Assembly: GCA_041585035.1 (NCBI GenBank)
Contig: JBFHCW010000001.1
Coordinates: 1-32,657, forward strand
Reading direction: 5' to 3'
DNA from: Litorivivens sp.
GTDB taxonomy: Bacteria; Pseudomonadota; Gammaproteobacteria; Pseudomonadales; Spongiibacteraceae
DNA: 32,657 bases
A program made the position numbers and the translations under genes. Positions 1 through 8,666 of the stretch are shown here, piece after piece. The notes beneath the pieces were generated by a model. It did not search any database. It was not told the DNA's origin and was given only the letters and a program-made list of their open reading frames with translations. Within the stretch, counting starts at the first letter, position 1. The number at the start of each line of letters is the position of its first letter.

Positions 1-325
1 ATAGCATCGACATCATCGCCCCTCTCGAATGGCCCAGCAGATTGAATTGCTCCCAGCCCATCTGATCCGCCACCGCCAACAGTACCGGCAGGTCGTCCCA
101 GATATTGTAGGTGGCATGCGCGGGTCGGTCATCGCTGAGCGCATTGCCGGGCATATCAAGGGCCAGCAGTGGCAAACCCGCCTCGCCCAGTGCGTTAAAA
201 CTGGCCGCATTATCGAGCCAGCCATGCACCGCCAGCACCGGCTCTGTCGACCCAGCATCTCCCGGCCACCAGCGCCCACACACTTTCAAGCCGTCAATAT
301 CAAAAACTTTTTCCTGTACACTCAC
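1..325 (-). CDS. Alpha/beta-fold hydrolase (5' part; runs off the left edge; not in the supplied ORF track)
   Basis: Manual translation from GTG at 325: MSVQEKVFDIDGLKVCGRWWPG...VLAVHGWLDNAASF...LALDMPG...FNLLGHSRGAMMSML. Has HGWLDN oxyanion motif and GxSxG nucleophile elbow; GTGA overlap with the sixA stop. Confidence 0.88.
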   Translation of the reverse strand, partial: MSVQEKVFDIDGLKVCGRWWPGDAGSTEPVLAVHGWLDNAASFNALGEAGLPLLALDMPGNALSDDRPAHATYNIWDDLPVLLAVADQMGWEQFNLLGHSRGAMMSML

Positions 326-801
326 TGGCAGCTCGCAATTGTCTGGTAATTTGGGGCATGTCGCAGCCAGCGCAGGCGGCCTACACCAGCGGCCACAACA
401 GGCAATTCAATCAACGCCATACTGGCTGGCGCCATCACTTCTCGAAGCTCATCGCCACAGAACCACGTCAACGCATGACTGAACAGCGGATTGTGGCCGA
501 TCAAAAGCAGACGCTCTGCGTCGGTCTGAGCGATCGCTTCTTCAAGCCTTTCCAATGACACATCCGGTGTCAGCGCTTCGCTGTTTTGCGAATTTGTATT
601 CGGATAATGAGGTGCAAAAGCTTCGGCAGTCTGCTGCGCCCGGGCGTAAGGGCTGACAAGAATTTGCTGTGGTTGCCAGTGGGCGCTCAGCCAGGTCGCC
701 GCCGCCTTGACCTGAGAAAGACCGCCAGGGGTGAGACAGCGCTCGCGGTCACTGTTTGCCCGCATGGAGGCCTCACCGTGACGAATGAAAACGCATTCCA
801 T
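322..801 (-). CDS. sixA: Phosphohistidine phosphatase SixA
   Basis: RHGEA motif, R-x-LT, VSPYARAQQTA and LLIGHNP; 159 aa; start overlaps the gpsA stop. Confidence 0.9.
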   Translation of the reverse strand: MECVFIRHGEASMRANSDRERCLTPGGLSQVKAAATWLSAHWQPQQILVSPYARAQQTAEAFAPHYPNTNSQNSEALTPDVSLERLEEAIAQTDAERLLLIGHNPLFSHALTWFCGDELREVMAPASMALIELPVVAAGVGRLRWLRHAPNYQTIASCQ

Positions 802-1826
802 CAGCGCAGACTGAAATCTACATCCCGGGTCTGATCGGCGCTCATCATGGTCGCGACCACCTCATCCAAGGATTGTCCGTTATAGATAATGGCGTAAAGA
901 CCCCGTGCAAGCGGCATATGCACTTCTAACTCCTCAGCCTGGGCATACAGCAGCTTGAGCGTATTCACCCCTTCTGCCACCTGACCCAGTTCAGCCACGA
1001 CCGCATCCAGATCCTTACCCTGCCCCAACGCATAGCCAACCCGATAGTTGCGACTCAGTGGCGAAGTACAGGTGACAAACAGATCGCCGACGCCGCCCAG
1101 CCCCATAAAGGTCATGGGGTCTGCGCCTTTTTTCACCGCGAAGCGACACATCTCGGCCAGCGATCGGGTTATCAGGACACTCTGAGTGTTGCTGCCCACG
1201 CCCATGGCAGCGGCAATGCCGGAGCAAATGGCGTAGACATTTTTAAGCGCACCACACAATTCAAGACCAAAGGTATCTTCACCGGCGTAAACGCGAAAGT
1301 AACTGCACTGTAACAAGCGCTGAATGGTATCGGTCACCTCGCTGTCCCGACTGGCAATTACGGTGGCGGTGATCTGTCGCTCAGCCAGCTCCTTGGCCAG
1401 GTTGGGGCCGCTCATTACACCCAGACGAGCATTGGGCAGCTCTTCATGAATCACCTGACTCATCAGCTTGAAATCATCGCCGTCGGCCTCGATACCCTTG
1501 GTGGTACTGATCAGTATGCAGTCATCACTGAGCAGCCCGGCCAGGGTTCGTGACACTTCCCGACAGGATTTGCTGGGCACCGCCATAAAGACAACCTCGG
1601 CGGCTTGAACGGCTTTCGCCAGATCGGTGGTCGCCCGCAACGACGGGTTCAGGGCGACACCCGGCAAATAGGTTTCATTGACCTGATGCTGGTTGATTTC
1701 AAGGGCCCGCTCTTCACTGCGCAACCAAAGCTGCACCGCGTGACCGTTGTCAGCCACGATATTGGCGATGGCGGTACCGAAACTGCCGCCGCCGAGTACG
1801 GCAACACGATAGGACTTCTCGGACAT
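801..1826 (-). CDS. gpsA: NAD(P)H-dependent glycerol-3-phosphate dehydrogenase
   Basis: GGGSFGTA Rossmann motif, TKGIE, SGPNLAKE, GALKNVYAI, GDLFVTCTSPLSRN, VAEGV. Confidence 0.96.
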   Translation of the reverse strand: MSEKSYRVAVLGGGSFGTAIANIVADNGHAVQLWLRSEERALEINQHQVNETYLPGVALNPSLRATTDLAKAVQAAEVVFMAVPSKSCREVSRTLAGLLSDDCILISTTKGIEADGDDFKLMSQVIHEELPNARLGVMSGPNLAKELAERQITATVIASRDSEVTDTIQRLLQCSYFRVYAGEDTFGLELCGALKNVYAICSGIAAAMGVGSNTQSVLITRSLAEMCRFAVKKGADPMTFMGLGGVGDLFVTCTSPLSRNYRVGYALGQGKDLDAVVAELGQVAEGVNTLKLLYAQAEELEVHMPLARGLYAIIYNGQSLDEVVATMMSADQTRDVDFSLR

Positions 1827-1896
1827 AATTTATTCTTAACTCTGCCGCTGTGGCAGGCAGTCTACCACAGGGAATTGGGGATTTATTCGCAGGCTA

Positions 1897-1931
1897 GGTT
1901 CCCGCCTGCAACAGCGCTGCAGGCGGGAACC
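1897..1931. terminator. Perfect 14-bp stem-loop downstream of htpG (no U-tract)
   Basis: GGTTCCCGCCTGCA-acagcgc-TGCAGGCGGGAACC, just after the htpG stop; weak terminator or mRNA-stabilising hairpin. Confidence 0.55.
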
Positions 1932-1946
1932 GGTATAGCGAGATGC

Positions 1947-3860
1947 CTAACGGGACAGCTCCAGAAGTAGCTTGTTCAGCTTGCGGATATAAGCGCTGGG
2001 ATCGTCAATATCGGCACCTTCAGCCAGATGCGCCTGGTCAAACAGGATCTCCACCAGATCGCCAAAACGATCCTCGTCGGTTTCCTTGTCCAGCTTCTGC
2101 ACCAGCGGATGCTCAGGGTTAAGCTCAAAAATCGGCTTGCTGTCGGGCACGTCCTGACCGGCCTGCTCCAGAATGCGCTTCATCTGCATGCCCAGATCGT
2201 AGTCACCCACAACCAGACAAGCCGGGGAGTCGGTCAGGCGGTTGGTAACACGCACTTCCTGCACCTTGCCCTCGAGAATACCCTGTACCCGCTCCACCAG
2301 ATCCTTGTGTTCCTTGGCCAGCTTTTCCTTTTCTTTCTTCTCTTCTTCCGCGTCCAGCTCGCCGAGGTCCAGTTCGCCGCGACCTACGTCCTTGAACTGC
2401 TTGCCGTCGTACTCGCCTAGCTGATTCATCAGCCAGTCGTCGACACGGTCGGAAAGCAGCAGCACTTCAATGCCCTTCTTGCGGAACACTTCCAGGTGAG
2501 GACTGTTGCTAGCCATCACATGAGACTCACCCACCACGTAGAAAATATCTTTCTGCCCCTCTTTCATGCGAGCGATGTAGTCGTCCAGCGAGTGGGTCTG
2601 CTCAGACTTGTTGTCGTGGGTGGTGGCAAAGCGCAGCAGTTTGGCGATCTTTTCGCGATTGGTGAAATCTTCTGCCGGCCCCTCTTTCAATACCTGACCA
2701 AAGGTTTTCCAGAAGGTCTGATACTTGTCCGCATCCTTCTTCGCCAGTTTTTCCAGCAGGTCGAGTACACGCTTGGTCAACGCCGCCTTCATGGAATCAA
2801 CGTTGGGGTCTTTCTGCAGAATCTCTCGAGAGACATTCAATGACAGATCATTGGAGTCCACCACGCCTTTTACAAAGCGCAGGTACAGCGGCAGGAACTG
2901 CTCCGCTTCGTCCATGATAAAGGTGCGCTGTACGTAGAGCTTCACCCCGCGATTGGCATCGCGGTTCCACATATCAAAGGGCGCTTTTTCCGGTATGTAG
3001 AGCAGACTGGAGTACTCGAGCTTACCTTCGACCTTGTTGTGACTCCAGGTGAGCGGCTCGTTAAAGTCATGGGAGATGTGCTTGTAGAACTCGATGTACT
3101 CTTCGTCCTTCACCTCACTGCGATTGCGCACCCACAGGGCAGTCGCCTCGTTAATCGCTTCCAGCTCAGGCAGCGCACCTTCCTTGATCTGCTCTTCGGT
3201 TTGGGATTTGTACATCATCACTGGCAGCGAGATGTGGTCGGAGTATTTTTTGATCACCGAGCGCACGCGCCAGTCGTCCGCGAAATCCAGCGAATCATCA
3301 CGCAGGTGCAGCACCACCTGGGTACCGCGCTCAGCGCGCTCCACCGGTTCGATCGAGAAATCCGCCTCGCCGGTGGACTCCCAGTGAACCGCTTCACTGG
3401 CCGGCAGGCCGGCGCGGCGGGTAAACACCTCGACCCGGTCGGCCACGATAAAGGCGGAGTAGAAACCAACCCCGAACTGGCCGATCAACTGGGCGTCTTT
3501 CTTCTTGTCGCCGGTGAGGTTTTTCAGGTATTCCGCGGTGCCTGAGCGGGCGATGGTTCCCAGATTCCGGATAACCTCGTCCTTTGACATACCGATGCCG
3601 TTATCGGTGATGGTGATGGTTTTGGCCTCTTTATCGGCCACCACGGTAATCTTGAGATCCGGGTCTTCCTCGAGCAGCTCGGGGGCTTCCAGCGATTCAA
3701 AGCGCAGCTTGTCAGCAGCGTCTGAGGCATTGGATATCAGCTCTCTCAGGAATATCTCCTTGTTGCTGTACAAGGAGTGAATCATCAATTTCAGGAGTTG
3801 CTTGGCTTCGGTCTGGAAGCCCATGGTTTCCTTTGCAGCGGTGACAGACGTGGCAGACAT
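1947..3860 (-). CDS. htpG: Molecular chaperone HtpG (Hsp90)
   Basis: [57 protein letters not shown]; 637 aa. Confidence 0.98.
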   Translation of the reverse strand: MSATSVTAAKETMGFQTEAKQLLKLMIHSLYSNKEIFLRELISNASDAADKLRFESLEAPELLEEDPDLKITVVADKEAKTITITDNGIGMSKDEVIRNLGTIARSGTAEYLKNLTGDKKKDAQLIGQFGVGFYSAFIVADRVEVFTRRAGLPASEAVHWESTGEADFSIEPVERAERGTQVVLHLRDDSLDFADDWRVRSVIKKYSDHISLPVMMYKSQTEEQIKEGALPELEAINEATALWVRNRSEVKDEEYIEFYKHISHDFNEPLTWSHNKVEGKLEYSSLLYIPEKAPFDMWNRDANRGVKLYVQRTFIMDEAEQFLPLYLRFVKGVVDSNDLSLNVSREILQKDPNVDSMKAALTKRVLDLLEKLAKKDADKYQTFWKTFGQVLKEGPAEDFTNREKIAKLLRFATTHDNKSEQTHSLDDYIARMKEGQKDIFYVVGESHVMASNSPHLEVFRKKGIEVLLLSDRVDDWLMNQLGEYDGKQFKDVGRGELDLGELDAEEEKKEKEKLAKEHKDLVERVQGILEGKVQEVRVTNRLTDSPACLVVGDYDLGMQMKRILEQAGQDVPDSKPIFELNPEHPLVQKLDKETDEDRFGDLVEILFDQAHLAEGADIDDPSAYIRKLNKLLLELSR

Positions 3861-3908
3861 AAGGGGCCCTCAATCTCTGTTATAGGATAAAAAGAGTTAG
3901 TGAGGGGG

Positions 3909-3936
3909 ATATGGGGGCTGGGGCAGTGAATTCAAG
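3909..3936 (-). promoter_or_regulatory. Sigma32 (RpoH) heat-shock promoter of htpG
   Basis: Minus strand reads CTTGAA-N14-CCCCATAT, matching the RpoH consensus, about 50 nt upstream of the htpG ATG. Confidence 0.85.
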
Positions 3937-3956
3937 CCCCCGAAAACGGCCGGAGG

Positions 3957-3984
3957 TAAAAAGGAGCCCGCGGAACAGGCCCCT
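3957..3984 (-). terminator. Rho-independent terminator of the dehydrogenase operon
   Basis: Minus strand AGGGGCCTGT-tcc-GCGGGCTCCT-TTTTA, just after the SDR stop. Confidence 0.65.
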
Positions 3985-3996
3985 CGAACATCGAGA

Positions 3997-4773
3997 TTAC
4001 AATCGGATCTTGTCCATCAGGCGATTGGGGCGAATTTCCAGCTCATCGACCGACACCCCGGGATCCATGCCGAGGCAAAAGGCCACCGCCTCGGCCACGT
4101 GGCTGACATCCATCCCAAAATCCATATGCGGCCCACAGCGCTTGTGCCACAAATCGATTCCGGATTTGAGTTTGTCAAAATCCCAGCCCGCCGCAAATTC
4201 CGTCGCCGCCGCGCCCGGGCGCAGCAGGGTGACACCGATATCTTTCTCCTGCATCTCCCGCCGCAGATCGCGCGTCAGGCGCTCGACCGCGGCCTTGCTC
4301 GCCGCGTAAAGCGACAGCCCCAGCATCTCGTCGTGGTGATACGCACTGGCGGAGCTGATATTGACAATACGCGGATTGGGCGAGCCCTGCAGCAGCGGAA
4401 TCGCCGCCCGACAGGCGTAAATCACGCCGGCAATATTTATGTCCAGCTGGGCACGAATATCCTCATCGCTGTACTGCTCAACCAACCCGGGCCTGGCAAC
4501 GCCGGCGTTGTTAATCAGCCCGTCTAGCCGACCATAATGCTCTGACACCGCCGCAATGGCTTTTGTTACCGCATCCGAGTCAGTGACATCGGCCAAAAAG
4601 GCATGGGATTTGTCGCTACCCAGCTCGGCCACAGCTTCCGCCAGCTTCGCCTCGTCACGGGCCAGCAGACCGACTTTGGCGCCACGACTGACAAGCTCTT
4701 TGGCGATGGCCAAACCAAAGCCCCGGGACGCGCCGGTCACGACATAGACATGGTTTTCGATCGACTGACTCAT
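3997..4773 (-). CDS. SDR family oxidoreductase
   Basis: TGASRGFG, NNAG, catalytic YAASK; ATGA overlap with the ALDH stop. Confidence 0.92.
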   Translation of the reverse strand: MSQSIENHVYVVTGASRGFGLAIAKELVSRGAKVGLLARDEAKLAEAVAELGSDKSHAFLADVTDSDAVTKAIAAVSEHYGRLDGLINNAGVARPGLVEQYSDEDIRAQLDINIAGVIYACRAAIPLLQGSPNPRIVNISSASAYHHDEMLGLSLYAASKAAVERLTRDLRREMQEKDIGVTLLRPGAAATEFAAGWDFDKLKSGIDLWHKRCGPHMDFGMDVSHVAEAVAFCLGMDPGVSVDELEIRPNRLMDKIRL

Positions 4774-6236
4774 ACTGCAATCGCCACCGTTTTGGTTTCC
4801 AGATACTCCTCAAAGCCTTCAGGCCCCATTTCCCGGCCGACGCCGCTTTCCTTGTAGCCACCAAAGGGCGCATCGGGACCGAGGAAATTACCGCCGTTGA
4901 CGTTCATGGTGCCGGTTCGCACCTTGCGGGCAAAATTCAGGGCACGCTCTTCGCTGGCAGAATACACCGCCCCCGACAGGCCGTAGGGGGAGTCGTTGGC
5001 GATGCACAGGGCATCCGCTTCATCCTCATAGGCGATCACCGCCAGTACCGGGCCAAAAATTTCTTCCTGGGCAATGGTCATACTGTTGTCCACGTCGACG
5101 AATACGGTGGGTTCAACATAATAGCCCTTGTCGAGATGGGCCGGACGCCCCCCACCCAGCAGGAGCCGGGCCCCCTCTTCCTTGCCCTTCTCGATATAGG
5201 CCAGCACCCTAGCGCGCTGTTTCGCATTGATCAGCGGCCCCATCATATCGGCCTCGCTCTCGGGGTCACCGTAGCCCAACATACCGATATAGGATTTCAG
5301 CAGCTCCTCGGCTTCGGCCTGCTTCGATTTCGGAATCAGCAGCCGGGTAGTGATCGCACAGCCCTGCCCTGCGTGGGCGCCTATGGAAAATACCCCGAAC
5401 AGGGAACTGGCCAGATCGGCGTCGTCCAGAATCACCATGGCCGATTTGCCACCCAGCTCCAGGAATACCCGCTTCACCGTGTCGGCTGCATTTTTCATGA
5501 TGTGCTTGCCTACGGCCGTTGAGCCGGTGAACGACACGACATCGACGCGCGGATCGGTGGTCAGGAAATTACCGATTTCGGCCGGGTCAGAGGCCGTCAG
5601 TACGTTAAACACCCCCGCGGGCAGGCCCGCTTCTTTGGCGTAACGCCCCAGCAAGCTCGAAGTCCAGGGCGTATCAGGTGCGGCTTTCAAGACAACCGTA
5701 CAACCTGCTGCCAGCGCCGGCATGCATTTGGCCAGATTGATCTGGATCGGGAAGTTCCAGGGCGTAATGGCCGCAACCACACCGGCCGCCTCTTTCCAGA
5801 CCATGCGCTTGCTCTTGATTCCCATCACTTCAAACTCGCCAATCTCCCGCTCCCACTGGAAACTTTCCAGATAGTTCAGCGGCCAGCTGGCCATGGAAAC
5901 CGGACCATCACATTGGGGCCCCAGGGCAAAACAGCGGGTCGCGCCTACCTCGCGCTGGGAGGCCTGACGCAGTTCTTCGATATTGTCCTGCAGTACGTCC
6001 ACAAAGCGCCGCAGTACTTTTAAACGCAATGCGTGATTACTCGCCCAATCGCTTGAATCAAAGGCCTGACGCGCCGCTGCCAAAGCGGCTTCGGCATCCG
6101 TAAGGCTGGCATCGGCAGCAACACCGATAACTGCTTCGGTTGCCGGATTGATGTTCTCGTAAGTGCGGCCCTGTTCGGCATCAACGAGTTCGCCATTGAT
6201 GTAGAGGCGCTGCTCACCGTAAGTCGGTTGCGTCAT
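4770..6236 (-). CDS. Aldehyde dehydrogenase (resembles the actinobacterial AldA/Rv0768 subfamily)
   Basis: ITPWNFP, SFTGST, LELGGKS (catalytic Glu), HAGQGCAITTRL (catalytic Cys), EEIFGP, APFGGYKESGVGRE. The subfamily call is from memory of the sequence. Confidence 0.93.
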   Translation of the reverse strand: MTQPTYGEQRLYINGELVDAEQGRTYENINPATEAVIGVAADASLTDAEAALAAARQAFDSSDWASNHALRLKVLRRFVDVLQDNIEELRQASQREVGATRCFALGPQCDGPVSMASWPLNYLESFQWEREIGEFEVMGIKSKRMVWKEAAGVVAAITPWNFPIQINLAKCMPALAAGCTVVLKAAPDTPWTSSLLGRYAKEAGLPAGVFNVLTASDPAEIGNFLTTDPRVDVVSFTGSTAVGKHIMKNAADTVKRVFLELGGKSAMVILDDADLASSLFGVFSIGAHAGQGCAITTRLLIPKSKQAEAEELLKSYIGMLGYGDPESEADMMGPLINAKQRARVLAYIEKGKEEGARLLLGGGRPAHLDKGYYVEPTVFVDVDNSMTIAQEEIFGPVLAVIAYEDEADALCIANDSPYGLSGAVYSASEERALNFARKVRTGTMNVNGGNFLGPDAPFGGYKESGVGREMGPEGFEEYLETKTVAIAV

Positions 6237-6310
6237 AAAAGAGGATCCTTTTCTGATAGGTAGGCGCCGGGCGCCCGATTCATATGCTGCTAAAAGCCAG
6301 GCCTGTCCTT

Positions 6311-7174
6311 TTAAACCTGTCCTTTCAAAAAGGTCTGGCGAATATTTTCCCGGACCGTCACTGTCGATGGCAGCTCCAGATCCAGCTCATGGCAAAGCGC
6401 GAGTGCGTGGTCCAGATCCTTTTCCCCCAGACCGGCAAAGGGGCCAAAAATTTCTTCCATCTGCTCTTCGGTACAGCCAGCCAACAGCCCTTCGCGGCCC
6501 GTAATAAACTGCTTGGCCGACGGCGTAATAATGCCGTTGACGTCGCCAACCGCGTACAGATCTTCCGGATCCAGGCCCGCCTTTTTGATCAGGGCGACAC
6601 CCTCGCTGACAGCGGTAAAGGCAGCATAGGTCATCAGGTTATTGGCCAGTTTCAAGACCACACCGGAGCCCACTTCGCCGCCATGTACTACGCGTTTCGA
6701 AGTACATTCCAGCATCGGCATGGCTTTTTCCAAGGCGGCTTCCTCAGCGCCCACCATAATGCACAGGCTGCCGTCTGCAGCACCCGAGGCACCACCGGTA
6801 ATCGGCGCATCGATCACGTGAATGTCAAACGCTGCGGCATCCTTGGCCCAGCGGATCATGTTGGTTCGGGTCACGGTGCTGTGAATTGCGATAACGGTAC
6901 CGGAACGGCCTTTGGCCAGCATGCCCTCGTCGCCATAGAGAATCGCATCCACGTCCTTGTCATCGCGAACACAGACACCGATCACATCGCACTCAGCGGC
7001 AAGGCTGGCTGCGGAATCAGCAGCCTTCGCTCCCAACGCAACCATCTCCGCGACGGGCTCTGCAACGACATCAAACACCGTTACCTGAATGCCCTTCTCA
7101 GCCCCGTTTTTTATCAGCACGGAGCACATGGGCTTGCCAATATTGCCCAGACCGATATATCCCACTTGAGTCAT
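6311..7174 (-). CDS. NAD(P)-dependent beta-hydroxyacid dehydrogenase family protein
   Basis: GYIGLGNIG, DAPITGG, KLANN catalytic Lys motif. Confidence 0.88.
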   Translation of the reverse strand: MTQVGYIGLGNIGKPMCSVLIKNGAEKGIQVTVFDVVAEPVAEMVALGAKAADSAASLAAECDVIGVCVRDDKDVDAILYGDEGMLAKGRSGTVIAIHSTVTRTNMIRWAKDAAAFDIHVIDAPITGGASGAADGSLCIMVGAEEAALEKAMPMLECTSKRVVHGGEVGSGVVLKLANNLMTYAAFTAVSEGVALIKKAGLDPEDLYAVGDVNGIITPSAKQFITGREGLLAGCTEEQMEEIFGPFAGLGEKDLDHALALCHELDLELPSTVTVRENIRQTFLKGQV

Positions 7175-7328
7175 TCTGAATTACCTTATCGTTGTTGTGC
7201 GCTGAAACTCCCGGACACGCTAGCATACAAAAGCGATTTTAGTAAATATCCATTTTGGTATATGGTCAATACATGTTACCTTAATAGACAGTACCAGCCA
7301 GTCACCCCACCCGCGGATAATAAAGACC

Positions 7329-8624
7329 ATGAAAAAAGACTATAGCGGTGACTACCGCCCGGATTTCAAGCTGACCGACCTGGATCACGACACCCTTGCC
7401 TGGTATGGCCGTGAAGTCATGCTGGCCAACCATATTCACGACCGAGCCATCATGCCGCAGCTGGCCATGACCTTCGGCATGAGTGCCCAGACGCAAGCGG
7501 CCTGCGACGAGTGGATGGGCTCGAGCCCGATCTACAATTACCGCAACCGCACACTGCTCAATATCGGTGGCGATAATGTGGAAACTATTCTCAAGGCCTT
7601 CCAGTTTGACATTGGCGCCCCGCACACCTTTCTGCAGTTTCACTTTGCCCTACAGTCACCTGAAGAAGGTCAATTCTGGCTACCGTACTGCGGCGCATAC
7701 AACCACGTGCGAAGGCTGACCAATGCCGACCCAAAATCCGAAACCCAGATCTGCCATCACATGGAAGACCCGACCTTCGATGCCACAGTCATGGCCGTAA
7801 ACCAGCGCGCCCGTTGTCGGCCGATTTTCCGCCCGCCCCACGGTGAAGTACCCGCCGAGGGTCCCTGCCGCTGGCAGGTCTATCTCGGGGACGATCTGAT
7901 TCTTGCAGAGGACTGCGACGTGCTGCCACAGGTACAACAATCCCGCGCCGCCAGCTTTGATTTTGCCCCAATCGACGTTGCCGAAGACGGCATGTTGGAT
8001 TACAGCGGTCCGCTGAAACCGGACTTGAGACTGGAAGATCTGGCGCACCCGGTACTAGCCCGCCAGTGCAAGGAGTTTTCGCTGGACGTTCACCTGCTGC
8101 AGCGGGCCTGCTATACCTCCATCATGCGCGATCACGGTGAGGAAGCGGCCTGGAACATGACCGCTGAGCAATGGCGCGCCATGGCGCCGGTCTATATTCA
8201 CCGTTTGCGCCGCGTGATGGGCATTAGGGGCGATGACATGGAGGCAATCCTGAAGCTGCTGCAAGTCGACCCCTACCTGCCGCAGGAATATCTGAAGTTC
8301 GGTACCGCCAAAATCAGCGACACGCACGGCCGGTTCTGGATTGAGGACTGTGACGCTTTGCGGGACGAACCCCTCGGCGTACTGGGACTGCTGGTCAAAC
8401 GCCCGGATATTGGTTTGTCGGCCCCGCTGTCAGCCATCAATAGCAAGGCGGTTTGCCAGCCATTGGCAGACTGCCCGGAAGCGAAAGGCAAAGCCGTATT
8501 CGGCTGGGATATTCTTATTGATGAAAGGGCTGAATCACCTGCCCCCTCGGACTATACCGCACTGGTTGCCGGCGAGGACCTGTGGGACCACGACGCCAGC
8601 GTACACCACTATCAATACAGCTAA
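7329..8624 (+). CDS. Hypothetical protein made of two homologous ~220-aa halves, with a Cys triad in the N-terminal half
   Basis: 431-aa ORF that fills the gap; DYSGDYRPDFKLTDL at 7338 recurs as DYSGPLKPDLRLEDL at 7998. Confidence 0.85.
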   Translation: MKKDYSGDYRPDFKLTDLDHDTLAWYGREVMLANHIHDRAIMPQLAMTFGMSAQTQAACDEWMGSSPIYNYRNRTLLNIGGDNVETILKAFQFDIGAPHTFLQFHFALQSPEEGQFWLPYCGAYNHVRRLTNADPKSETQICHHMEDPTFDATVMAVNQRARCRPIFRPPHGEVPAEGPCRWQVYLGDDLILAEDCDVLPQVQQSRAASFDFAPIDVAEDGMLDYSGPLKPDLRLEDLAHPVLARQCKEFSLDVHLLQRACYTSIMRDHGEEAAWNMTAEQWRAMAPVYIHRLRRVMGIRGDDMEAILKLLQVDPYLPQEYLKFGTAKISDTHGRFWIEDCDALRDEPLGVLGLLVKRPDIGLSAPLSAINSKAVCQPLADCPEAKGKAVFGWDILIDERAESPAPSDYTALVAGEDLWDHDASVHHYQYS

Positions 8625-8635
8625 ATCTAAGGCCA

Positions 8636-8656
8636 GCCGGGCGCTTTGCGCCCGGC
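8636..8656. terminator. Hairpin between convergent genes
   Basis: GCCGGGCGC-ttt-GCGCCCGGC between the stops at 8624 and 8667. Confidence 0.5.
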
Positions 8657-8666
8657 CAGTTGTTGG

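Noticed and set aside
7246-7263. Imperfect inverted repeat ATATCCA-ttt-TGGTATAT in the divergent promoter
   Set aside because: Needs a bulge and lies in AT-rich DNA; could easily arise by chance.
6284-7345. 353-aa plus-strand ORF
   Set aside because: Antisense to a clear dehydrogenase gene; no recognisable motifs.
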